64,000 nucleotides of DNA, taken from Camelus ferus (taxonomy: Eukaryota). The stretch is from NCBI RefSeq assembly GCF_009834535.1, contig NC_045707.1:63304001-63368000 (forward strand). Direction: 5' to 3'. Of the stretch, positions 52,511 to 64,000 are shown one piece after another. Each line of letters opens with the position of its first letter. Positions within the stretch are counted from its first letter, which is position 1. The notes beneath the pieces are model-generated. The model made no database searches. It was not told the origin of the DNA and worked only from the letters and a program-made list of their open reading frames with translations. The position numbers and the translations under genes were made by a program.

Positions 52511-53157
52511 TCTATTTTATATTCTGTGTCAAAGTTAGATTATAAAATGCCACATTTATCTTATTGTCCTAGTCTCTTTGTCACACTTAACTATGGATTT
52601 CCATCTTTTAAGACAAACAGTTGTCAGTTCTCTTTTGCAATATCGTCTTTCGGGAGTTAATCAAGAAACTTCTGGGAAATATTTGGGGTTTGCCTCCAAT
52701 CTGAGTGGAGATAAACTGAATTAAGAAGGACCTTCTTTTAACTTAAAAAGGGGGCCATTATTTGGGAAAACATTCATGACATAAGTTAATTAAACTTTTT
52801 TAATAATACCAGTTAAAACCTGAGATAAGGCAAGTCAATATTAGACCCTTTGTAAAACATGAGTGAGGGCTACAGTCATTTCTTTAAAAGGCTCCTTCCC
52901 CCATAAGTGGTGCTGCCCGCCCCCACCCCGCCGACTCTCCGTCCCTCAGAGTTCACTGTTAATCTCACATGGCACACTTTTCTGCTGAGCCCAAACTTGC
53001 CCTTAAAATCATTCTGAGCCCAGCACTTTAGGCAGTTACTACCAATCAATAGAGGTTGACATGTGTACTGGAATTTAACTGGCTATGCCTGGCTCAAACC
53101 ATGAAATGTAAATGTTTTTTAAAATTATGAAGCTTACATGTATCACTGAGGGTCTAC

Positions 53158-53298
53158 TTTTTTAAAAACTTAGTTTTTTGGGGGGGAGCAATTAGGTTTA
53201 TTTTTGCTTATTTATTTACTTCATGGAGGTACTGGGGATCAAACCCAGGACCTCATGCATGCTAAGCATGCACTCCATCACTGAGCTATGTCCTCCCC
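53158..53298 (-). mobile_element. tRNA-derived SINE, camelid vic-1-like
   Basis: Reverse complement ggggaggacatagctcagtgatggagtgcatgcttagcatgcatgaggtcctgggtttgatccccagtacctcca is homologous to 35275-35449. Confidence 0.85.
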
Positions 53299-55114
53299 TC
53301 TCCAAAAGCTTAATTTTGAAATAGCAAAAAAAAAGACACTTTTAGGATTAATTGTATACTTCGTCTCAGAAAGAGGGGTTTTGAGAGTTATCTTGAAAAC
53401 AATGCTGGGCTGCTACATACCAGGCTTGGGCAAATCACTTAACTGCCGAAGCCTATTTTTTCATTAGTAGAAGGAAAATAATAACATTTTTGGGGTCTCC
53501 CTTAACAAAACTGTCAAGATGATAAAATGAGATAATATATAGAAAAGAAGTTTTAACTATAAATCTTCCTGAAAAATAGAAGGTTAAAGTCGGGAGCAAT
53601 CTTAGAAACAAATTGTCTAGCTCTCGTAAATTGCTAAAATGAAAAACTAGTTCCGGGAGAGTTAAGTGATTTATCCAAAGTTACACAGGCAATTAGTGCA
53701 AAACTGAGTCTAGAATTCACATTTTCTGTGTCTGAGTAAAAGGTAACTGTATTTCAAAAACAATAAAATCTTTAGCCATAATTTATAAACAATGTTTTAA
53801 TTTGACTATTGGGAATAAAGGTTCTTCTGTCCAAATTTGCTAACATCTTGGTAATATTTTTCCTCGTTGTTTTCTACTAATATATAGTTTTTGCTTAATG
53901 AAATATCAGTAACTTTTAGTTAAAATGCACCCATTTACAACTTTCTCTTCACGTGCTTTTGCCTTACATAATATTCCTGAATCTTACCTTCAATCTTATT
54001 AATTAAAATGTCCACTGAGTTTCATATTTCTCTACTGAGGCTATTTGAAAGGTCCTATGGAATTTAATCTATAAGAAAAAGTATTCCCTTTCAATATTCA
54101 AGTATCTGAGAACTCCGATTTCAGTCTTTGAACAAATAGATACCATCTGCAAATATGTGAGATTTTCACTACATTAGGTACGTGATAGGGTTTTGTAAAA
54201 GATATAACCAATTTTGTCCTTAAGTCCTTTGCAATCTACCTGAAAAAATAAAAATATATACATAAAAAAAAACTAATAATACTAGGGGAAAGTTCTGTAA
54301 GATTTCAACCAAGAGGTTGCAATGAGAATGTATTTAGTCATTAAGTAAAAACCAAAGGTGTCTTTGGTATTAAGTAATTAAAGGGTAGGGAATTTATTAG
54401 GTGCAGAAGATCTAAATACCTCTGGGCTAGAAAGAAATTAATAAACCAAATATTTATGCAGAAGAAGCATGTCGTGTTCAAGTCTCTTTTTGCCTCACGT
54501 TATAAGTAAATATGTTAGAAAGGCTTGCAATTTAAATCACTGATTCTCAGAGTTGAAAGGAACCATAAAGATCATCTAGTGACTTTTTCTGCAATTAATG
54601 TACTTAATGAATTCATGCACATGGTGTATATCTATGCACTGAGGGCCGGCATATATTCTGATAATGTCTAAATGAGGAAATACCAATTTCACAGTCTGGC
54701 ACCTGAGGACGACTGCAATTGAATTTCAATTCAATATTTAGCAAATCAAAACAAGCCCCTTGGAAAAGAAAAGCAGTTGGGCTAGATTACATTTAGGGTC
54801 TTTTCCAAGCTTGAGATCCTGTAACTGAACGGAAATAAACTAGTCCCTGAATTTGACGAGATGTTTTTAAAATATTAAATTACACTACTGCTAAATAGCT
54901 TTTTACTACAAAAACTAGACTGTGTTTGCTTCTTTTAGTCATCATTTTTGAGTGTTCAGTAGCATGGAGAAAAAGATAAATATATATGCTTCCTTCCCTC
55001 AAGGAGTTTATATTTTGATTAAATAAAACATACGTCTAAACAGGTATCGTACAAAAAGCCAGGACAACGAGGGAAAATATCTGAAGAAAGTACACTGCCC
55101 CTAAAGCAAGGTAG

Positions 55115-55392
55115 CAAGTTTTCTCACCTTTGGCACTACTGATTCTGTTTTTTTCCCTTTGAAGTATAAGCATTGGTGATTCAGAATTCTCGACATTACT
55201 GACATTTTAAGATTGGATAATTCTTCCTTGTCCGGGGTCATGATGGGGCACTGTAGGAAGGTTAGCAGCATTCCTGGATTCTACCACTAGAGGCCAGTAG
55301 AACTCCCTCTGCCCAGTTGTAACCATCCAAGTGCCTCGACATTGCGATTGTCCCCTGCGAGGCCAAGATTACCCAGTTGGGAACCACCACTC
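55115..55392 (-). mobile_element. MER20 hAT-Charlie element
   Basis: cactgtaggaaggttagcagcattcctgg...ctaccactagaggccagtag...ttgggaaccac. Confidence 0.75.
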
Positions 55393-55408
55393 TTAAGCAC
55401 TGAAAGAA

Positions 55409-55813
55409 TCATATGGTATCACTCACATGCGGAATCTAAAAGAGAAAGAAGGAAAGAAGGAAAGAAAGAGAGAAAGAGAGAAAGAGAGGAAGGAAGGAAG
55501 GAAGGAGAGGACACTAACAAACTCAACTACAAAATAAACAGACTCACAGACGTAGTAAACAATCTTATGGTTATGGGGGGAAAGGGGTGGGAAGGGACAA
55601 ATTTGGGAGTTTGAGATTTGCAAATGTTAACCACTATATATAAAAATAGATTAAAAAACTAAATTCTTCTGTATAACACAGGGAACTATATTCAACATCT
55701 CGTAATACCCTTTAATGAAAACGAATATATGGCTATATATGCATGACTGGGACATGATGCTGTTCACCAGAAATTGACACATTGTAACTGACTATACTTC
55801 AATAAAAAAAAAA
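55409..55813 (+). mobile_element. Young 5'-truncated L1 with an internal GA-rich microsatellite
   Basis: L1 3'UTR, aataaa plus an A-tail; 14-bp TSD aagcactgaaagaa (55395-408) / aagaactgaaggaa (55814-827), 12/14. Confidence 0.85.
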
Positions 55814-58234
55814 AAGAACTGAAGGAAGGCTTTATGGAGCAAGAAGTGTAAGAATTAGTCTTAAAGCCTAGGAAGTAATCCAAGGGTCAGAGACGGATGC
55901 AGTAGTGAACAAGTTGGCTACAGGTAGCATGGAAAGAAGCCTTTAAAAAAACTCTGACTCATGTATTAAGTTAACATCCCATTGCTCTCTTGCAGGTTTT
56001 GTCAGATCTCACAGTATTGCACATCTATCTCTAACACCTCTCTCTCCCTTGACACTCTCCTTTCTAACGAAGAGAGCCAGCTTCAGGCTCAGGGCCCTCA
56101 ACAGGCAACAGTGTCTGTTGTGTTTCAAAAATACCATCTTGTCTTCGCTGCATCTATTTTATGGTTGCCTTCGACTGGTGGAAGTGAGACTTCTTTTCTG
56201 CTTACTGTCATTAAAAACATCAGAGACCTCCAGAGAAGGTGATTTGGAGTAGAAAATTGTGAGTTTGGTTTCTGAGTAAATTTGAGGTGGAGTTTGAGGT
56301 GGTGGCAGTACACCAGATAGGAAAAAGCACAAAAAATTAATTAAAAAGAAGGAATGTTTTAATATACAGTAAGGATACGATGTATGTATGTAAATACAGC
56401 AAGAAGTAAAATTAAACAGCAGGAGGCAGAAGGAAATGGGGGGAAAGTACTTTGTTGTCTGTTTTTCTCCTGCTTTCTTAAACCAAATCATTTTTTATCT
56501 TTTAATGAATCCCTTATTATCATAAAAAAAAATCCACTTCCAAAAGTGACATCCTGAAAGTGTTATTCTAAGAATGTCACTTTAGCATAACTAGAAAAAT
56601 ATGAATAAGATACATGTAGTTTAATTCTCTTCTATCGAAAATACATTACTTGATTTCTTAACAACTTGTCTATCTGACATTTTGGTTGAGCTCAGAAGGA
56701 GAGCCTAAATCTCTGCATTGCTTCTGAAGAATTGATTTCTTATTTCTGCGGAAGTTCACTAGGCAAGCTGCTTGTGTCATTATGGTAAGATTCAGCAGAA
56801 GTAATGCATAAACACTGGTTGATATTGCCAACAAATTACAGTATGTGATACAAACAATTTGTGTTCCATTATTTTCAGTTTGCCTTTCCAGAAAGTTAAA
56901 ATATGCAGAGGAAACAAACATTTGCATTGTCACTGTTAGTATTCAGATTGAGTCATGACATTTCAGGGCAGAATCCACCAAAACCAAGAGAACCTCACAA
57001 CTGGCAGGGAGTCTTTGAGAGGTTTCCGTTTTGGCAAAAAATCGACGCAGACCACACGTGCAGCACGGTGAAAAGTGATCTCTGAACTTGCGATTGCAAA
57101 TAGAATTTGCCTAGCGTTGCAGCAGTTTCAGATCGCTAATAAAAACTCTCCAGATCTAAAGAAGTGACCCAGTGGATCACTTAGTAACTAAACAAAGCTA
57201 CAAGGTCGTGGAAGTGACACATGTCCCGTTTAAAGTTAAGGTAGTTCATCAAAATGCAAATTATTACTCAATGACAAAACATTTTAAGCCAAAATGGGTC
57301 CTTGTTTAGGCTGTGTATTTTTATGTACCTCAATGAGTCATTAAAACTCTGCCATTTCAGAAGAGAAGTGCTCCTGCTAAATATTCAGTGCCATAAGCAA
57401 GCGTGTAGTCTTATTTTTTTAAATAACCATTCTAGTAAACTAAAAACATAATGCAATAATGCCAGCAATATGTATGTAGGAAGTGGTGCATATGTGAATA
57501 ATCGTGTTATGAAAACAGAGCATAATATTCATAATTGTTTTCCTATTTATGCACTAAGTACTCTTATCAAAAATGAGTAACTTGATCATCACTGATGAAG
57601 AGTAGTAAGAATGCTCTAAAATTACTTTCCTGAGCCATAATATTAGGTTTTCATAAGAATAAATAAAGTAGTTTCTGAGATTCATTTGTTTAATATTGTA
57701 AAAAGTGTTATGTTCTATAAAGTTCTGCTACAGGTGGAACTCAAGTATAAAGTCCTGAGAACAGCATCTAATGACTGAGGTGCCTTTTCCTTGGGACTTG
57801 GGTTTTTCTATTTCCTGTACCGGCCTCCAGCGATAAGGAAGGCCCCTTCCCGGCCCTTGGGTCACTGATTTCTTCTTTTCTCAGTGCTGATAGACAGCAG
57901 TGCCATAAGCAGAGAGTTGTGAGTTCCTTTTGTTTCACATCCTCTTCCCGCCCCCCTCAACCCTCTCCATCTCACAGTGTCTGGACCAAGTGTGGGGTTT
58001 CCCTTCTCTCTTCTTCACTGTGGAAGGGCTCTGCCTCTCCCTCTCCCCGTCTTCTGAACTCTGCTCAGGGGACAAAACAAACAGTAGTGGAAGGAATGTC
58101 CACAGTGACCATTTCCCCCTGTCTTGCTAGTAAGGGGAAACCCAACATTGAGCCTAAACAACCTGATTCCAGCTCAAACAGTAGATGTCCAGCCGTGTAA
58201 TCCTGCCTGCAATCATATTTCATACCCACAGATG

Positions 58235-58440
58235 TGCTGACCAGTTGTCAGACACTGTTCGAAGTGCTTTATTACTTAACGCACGTAATCCTCACAATTA
58301 ACCCTATGAGATAGGAGATCATTAACCCTAGTTTCCAGATAAGGATGTCAGACACAGAACAACTAGGAAACTTGGCCAAGATCAGCAAGTGGCAGTGTCA
58401 TGACAAAAACCAAAGCAATCTGGTTCCAGAGTCCTTGAAC
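58235..58440 (-). mobile_element. MIR SINE
   Basis: taatcctcacaattaaccctatgagatagg...tttccagataagga...aacttggccaagatca. Confidence 0.75.
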
Positions 58441-61400
58441 ACACTGCGCGCACACACAATTTTCAATCCAGCAACACAATCAAAAGTGGCTCGATCCTAT
58501 TGTTAAAAGAGTTATAGAGTAACCGACAGCAGTAATTTTAAAACTTCATTCTTTTTCCATCCTCTAATTTTTTTTTGACTTGTGTAATCATGGGGAGAGA
58601 TTCGAATAATTAAACTAAAACTTCTCCCTGCAAATCCACAAAGGTCTGCACAAGGAGGAATCAATTCACCCCTGTCCCTGTACAACTAGTGCCAGAGCTC
58701 CTTAAACCCCGGGGCCGCTCGCTTAGCAGAGACAGGAGAAGGCACACCTGGGGGCAGGGAGGGCAGGAATGGGGAGCCTGGCCCCCTTTATCCCAATGCA
58801 GCCCCACCCAGTAAGATCGTGCCAACCTGACTCTACCCTCACAGCCCCACCACCGCCATCCAGCTGTGCCTGTTTGTGACTCATTGTGTATTGTCCAAAA
58901 AACTGGCAAGGGCAATGAGTGTTTTGCCTCTTTATAGTCCCTCAAATTCTACGTAGCAAAATTCTGTCTGGTGGAGAGAGCATCCACTCTCTAGTGGCAA
59001 GAAGGAGGATTGCATGCGTCTTTGAAAATCTCGGGAGGAACCCAGCCACCATGGACAATCCAAAAGGATGTAAAGGACACGCAAAGGTGATGATCATTGC
59101 CGGTGGGTTGGAGGATGAGCCTGAGGAGTTGGAGGGACGCCCTTCCCTACAGGCTGGAAAACTTACATATTCAAGGTAGACTATTTCTTCCTTACTCTTT
59201 CTTTAAAATCATGCTTAAAGAAGTGAACCCTATTCTCGTAATCATATCGTCCAAACGTCATCACCATCCTCGAGCAAACCTAAATGGTTGCCCTGTACTT
59301 TCATGCCAAGCCCATCCACATACATGGTGGCAAAAACTGCTTGAGGAAATAAACATGTTATGCAAACCAAACACAGGAAAACCAGTTGCAGGTCTGTTTT
59401 TGCTTGAAAGCGATCTGGAGCAGATAGGCTCTGTTTAGAGTTGTTCATTTAACTCTTTCATGAATAAGGTATCCTTTATTATTATTACCCAGGGTGATCA
59501 AAAAACACAGCAAGACAAACACCAACTGTATGGATTTTCCTCCCTGAATGAGTCACTATTAAATCATCTAAACTTTTTTTTCCCAATACTTTCTAGATTT
59601 AGTCTACTGGTGTTATTTTGAATTGTGACCAAAATCCAGCACTGGACTCAGTTTGGCCATATGGTTATGTGTGCCTGACAGGAAAACAATGAGCTAAGTC
59701 CATTAAGAAATCATATTTAAAAAAAAAAAAGAAGTTTTCACAGAAACAAACAGTTCTCCCAGATTTTCAGTTCAGAGCCCTCTACAGAAGGGCAGAAAGC
59801 CAGGTACTCCAAACTGTTCATCCTAAGATGTCTTCTCCTCCACAGAATGAGTGGGAGGAATGAGGCTGCTTTCAACATAAAAACAATGTGGTGGATTTCT
59901 TATTCTTATTAAATATCATAATTATTCACTCATTCCAGAAAAAGTACAAGGCACCAGACTATGTACATTAATACCACAAATGATCTAATGCCTACTAATA
60001 AAATCCTCTACGCTCTTCATAAGATGCTTGCAAAGGAGTTTTTTTTTGCAATTCTCCTTGAGAACCACAATATTATCCTCCTATCCTACCTGAAAATCAT
60101 GGTTTCTCTCTAAATAACCCTTGCTAGGAAAAGGCCTCCTATTTCATTCTGTCTTCTGTCACCGTGGCACATCACAGACCCAAACAACGTTTGTCAAAGA
60201 AAAACGTCTCCCTTTTGAAAGTGAATAAAATGTTCATTTACTTTGGGTAAATTTCTTCTCTCAATCCGACCATCTGGATCTAAATTAAGGTACCCTACTT
60301 TGAACATGGGTATGCTCACCATCTGGCTCCCGCAAAGCGGCGCTCAGTTCAGGTAAATGAAGACGCTACCGAGTTCTAGGCAAGCATGTGCCACCCTAGG
60401 GTGCCCCGGCGTGAACACACACGCTCTGTATCTGCCTGCTAGCCACCCACCTGAGGGAGAAGTGAGTACATCTTTTGCTTAATGGAGATAATTTACTGCT
60501 GTGTGTAAACATTTCAAATTTAAGAGAATTTATGTGTTTGCAATTTTCAACAAGTGGTGAATTTCCGTTTAGCCAAATGACCAGCTGAGAGTGGGGGATC
60601 TGACGGAAGTGGAGGAGCCTCGGGCTCTAATGGGGAGCCTGTCTTCTAACCTTTCTCTGCTGCAATAGGGGAACCCGGAGAGGTAAGTCTTCCTTGTAGG
60701 ACAAAACCAGCCCCTCCAAAACCTCATGGAGGATGAAACCTTCCAGGCATTAAAGGTATAGCGCACAGAGTGAAGTCAAATTTTCCCGCCCTGATCTGAC
60801 TCAAATTCTTTTCCTCATGCACTCTGGGGAATGAGTCAAAGAACCAGACTGACCAGGCATTAAGGAGTTGTTTCCACACAGACTACGTAAGGTGGACCGA
60901 ATGGTGGTACTGCTCTTTTCAATCATTTCAAGTTGCTCAGTGTGATTCCCCATTGGCAGATTAAGTATTTATTTTCATTACAGAAATTTTCTGATAATTA
61001 AATTGGCAAAAATTATGACTAACTAAAGACCAAGATATTTAATCATCAATCAAATGAAAATGTAGAGTTTGCGTCTGTGTCCTTTTGGAAAGTGCATTCC
61101 AAAATGTCAATTTACGTTGCACCTGGGGGACAGAATCATCACCAATGAAAGTCCAACCCTGGCTGAGTTCCTGATAAAAAGTTTCTGTTTAAATGTCTCC
61201 AAGTAGCCAGATTAACAACAAACAAAAAGAAGTTTAATATATGTAGTGTTGGCATAATTGTAAAATGGTTGATTAAACTTCCTTTGCCTTATCAAACCTA
61301 GTAGGAACATCTCAGAAGTTATCATATTCACTCTGGTATTGATGGTGGGGGGAAAAAGAGAGGAACAAAGACTTTCTCTGAGATGCTGTTTAGAAATAAA

Positions 61401-62069
61401 ACCATCCTGGGATCTCCAGAAACGCCAAATCCTGTGTTCCACATGTGCACTAGGTTAAACTCTGAACTAAGTTATTTACATCTTCGGGGAAAACTGAAGA
61501 AGAGAGTTTGAATACAAATATGCACCAGGCTACATGAAATCAGTTATGGGTCAAGTAGAACCATCTGGTCTTTTTAAGAGCCCTATTAATTTGAAAGCAC
61601 TGACCAAAACAAGCTCAGTTCCACCAAATGTATTTTGGCATGGCTCAAAAAACAGGATTTGTTGGAGGTTATTTATTTCATCACAGCAAGATTTATCAGT
61701 AATGATATGCAACTCCCACTACTGACACTTTGACATAACATGCAAATTTGCCTTTTTCCCCACAAATCTGATATGACTGTGGGTTTTTAAAATTCCTTTT
61801 AATCCGTATTTTTTAGAATCCGTCTGAGAAAGTGGTGGAAGGGGGTTTAAATTATCCACATCTGATCTTAGGAGTCTGAAAGTGAATAATTTATACATTC
61901 ACTTATAGGAGGCTTGAACAACCACATAACGGCTAAAGCATTGGGCAATTTATTTCTATGAGGTTACTGCATCACACTCTATAAATAATAAAACTCCTGT
62001 GTTCTCCCAAAACACAGCAGAATTTCCCCCAGCTTCTTACACAGTATCAACTTCTGAGAGTTTCTAGAC

Positions 62070-62850
62070 ACAATGAGCCCTGGTCCAGGGATCAGAAAAC
62101 CAAAGTTGAAGTCCCAGCTCTCCACTAACAAGCCTTCTGGCCTCAGCAGTTGACCTGGACTACTCTGATCCCAAGTTTTCTGCTGTTGTGAGAATCACCT
62201 GAGAGCAGAGGAGGCTCTCCCAGTGGCATCATTACTAATCGCCAAACTGCCTCCACTTCTAAGGTTGTCGATTTCATTTTTAAGTTCATTTTGGTTGTTC
62301 CCTGGTCCTATAGTCATTTAATTAATCAAAGTGATTTTAAATGCAATAGGCTGGGGCAGAAAGCACAAATCACTTGTTTACTCAATTCAACAATAAGCTT
62401 GAAGGCTTACTACCATGGGACACTCAGCACAGCTAACAAGTACGGTGGGCATTCTCTACGCCAAGCACAGTTAAGTGCTTTTCTGCGCATTTACTCATGG
62501 ACACCTGCAGCAATCCCATGAGGACAGTAGTAGTATTATCCCCAAATTAAAACTAAAAGTGTGGGTTCTGGAGCCAAGCTGCCTGAGTCTAGACCCTGCT
62601 TTGTAGGCTCACTATGTGACAAGTTACTTGACTTCTCAGTGCCTCCATTTCCCCATCTGTAAAACAGGGAGTGTTGAGAACACATATCCCATAGGATTCT
62701 TGTAAAATTGAGTTAATATAAGGTTCTCATTAAGCACTAGCGGTAGTCACTGTCAGAAACTGGTGAGTGAGTTCATTAGCTTTCTCAAACCTTCATCACA
62801 GGTAGAGCTGCAGCTGGAATTCGAACCCAGTTCTGTTGGACTCTAAACAA
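62070..62850. mobile_element. Cluster of MIR fragments in both orientations
   Basis: Plus-strand MIR at 62560-62750 (gtgcctccatttccccatctgtaaaacaggg) lies between minus-strand MIR pieces at 62415-62545 and 62785-62850. Confidence 0.65.
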
Positions 62851-63189
62851 GTGGTGAAAAGCCCCACAGACTCTCAAAAAATAAGAAACAGGAAACAGCC
62901 CAAATCTAAAAAGCATTAAAGGCACTCGCTAACAAGGCATTAGGGGCTGGCTGTTAGTTTTCCCCCCTTTCACCGTTGGAGTCACTTTCAGAGGCAGTAA
63001 CTCAGGACCAAACCCGAGTCACTGTGTGTTAGGACAGAGCTGGCAGCACTGGTAAAAACATTTCTCGCTGGCTTTGGCCAAAGGCAGCCGCCGCCATCAA
63101 CTCCCCTTACTCTGTCACCAGGACTGGCTCTTACTGCTCAGTATCTCAACTTGCAGTTTTGGAAAACTTCAAGAAGCCAAAGCCTACCC

Positions 63190-64000
63190 TCTGCTCTGCC
63201 TGCCAGAAGCGGGCGTGGTGGGGGAGGGGAGGATTCTGCCCGGTTTACCCCGTCCTGACCTCTTAGCCGGTGCGCGGCTGCCCTGACCTCGCGCTCACGC
63301 ATTTTCCCTCGACGGTAACTTGCCAACTTTTGATGTGACCCTGGCCTGGCATCGCTCATATTACACACTATCCTTTAAAAAAAAAAAAAAAAAAAGAGCT
63401 GTGTGCCCCGGCTAGCTAAGGAACTTTGACAAAGCAGGGAGTCCCAGGCGAGAGGGGTGACATTTAGCACTGGTGAGTGAGTTTGTGAAGTTGGCGCAGT
63501 GAGAACCCAGGCATCTGGGAGACCCGGATAGTTCTGTGAGACGGTCCTACCCTGCCTTCCCTTCCTCCATCCCTCGCTTCCGGTTATCGGAACCTAACTG
63601 CGTCCCCGGGGTCGCCCGCTGCCCAGCGGTTTAGAGCAGCCTGGCTGGGTGGGGCGGTGCCGGGCACCGCCTCCCTCCGTACCTTCTCTCCCCGTGGAGC
63701 ACGTAGGAGCTGCGGAAGAAGCCTAAGAGCTCGTTCTCGATCAGGGCGTTGTAGATGATCTTCAGATTGTAATTCCTCTGCGCATCCAGGGTCCTATTCA
63801 GCACCACCACCAAGACCTGGGTTTGCGGGTAGAGGAAAAAGCCGGCCACGGGGACCGCCCCGGCCACGCGGTCCTCGGCCAGCTGCACCTTCTCGACCGC
63901 AACTCGGGAGGCGTGCAGCACGACGTAGCGGGTGGCGTTCCGGCACGCGATCTCCACGTTGACCTCCCCGGAGAAGGTGAAGTTCTCCATGAAGGCGGTG
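63190..64000. promoter_or_regulatory. CpG island over TRHDE exon 1 and the start of intron 1
   Basis: Sharp rise in GC and CpG density against an AT-rich, CpG-poor background. Confidence 0.85.
63683..64000 (-). CDS. TRHDE: TRHDE coding exon 1, 3' part (extends beyond the window)
   Basis: Minus-strand translation TAFMENFTFSGEVNVEIACRNATRYVVLHASRVAVEKVQLAEDRVAGAVPVAGFFLYPQTQVLVVVLNRTLDAQRNYNLKIIYNALIENELLGFFRSSYVLHGER matches the recalled TRHDE N-terminal M1 domain. The exon ends at GAG AGA AG|GTACGG (donor GT = 63682-63681), phase 2. Confidence 0.96.

Larger units (their letters stand above)
51161..63682 (-). other. TRHDE: TRHDE intron 1 (12,522 bp, GT-AG)
   Basis: Canonical GT/AG ends; the reading frame is preserved across the junction. 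Confidence 0.93.

Noticed and set aside
55342..55623. Lys/Glu/Arg-rich and Phe/Leu/Ser-rich ORFs
   Set aside because: They are translations of a GA-rich microsatellite in an L1 3'UTR.
63631..63990. Track ORF read as a stand-alone 119-aa protein
   Set aside because: The Met is internal to TRHDE exon 1, and the tail after GERR is read-through into intron 1.
1..64000. CRISPR array, operon or other prokaryotic-type system
   Set aside because: The sequence is mammalian intronic DNA, with no regularly spaced repeat-spacer array or dense gene cluster.

Overview
Mammalian genomic DNA covering the 5' part of TRHDE (thyrotropin-releasing hormone-degrading ectoenzyme, pyroglutamyl peptidase II; M1 metallopeptidase family) on the minus strand. 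Two vic-1-like tRNA-derived SINEs point to a camelid. The window holds the 3' part of coding exon 1 inside a CpG island (63683-64000, continuing beyond the window), a 12.5-kb intron 1, the 274-bp exon 2 (50887-51160) and about 51 kb of intron 2. I did not find exon 3. The introns are a mosaic of interspersed repeats: MIR, L2, old and young L1 fragments, hAT and Tigger MITEs, solo LTRs with target-site duplications (TSDs) and a two-LTR MaLR element. Almost all ORFs in the supplied track look spurious or repeat-derived. I found no convincing new protein-coding system. The best leads are regulatory or structural: a cluster of AP-1 sites in intron 1, an antisense exon/splice-donor candidate, a perfect everted nuclear-receptor half-site pair, and an old L1 whose middle is replaced by a younger L1. 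Repeat subfamily names and comparisons to human come from recalled sequences, not from database searches.
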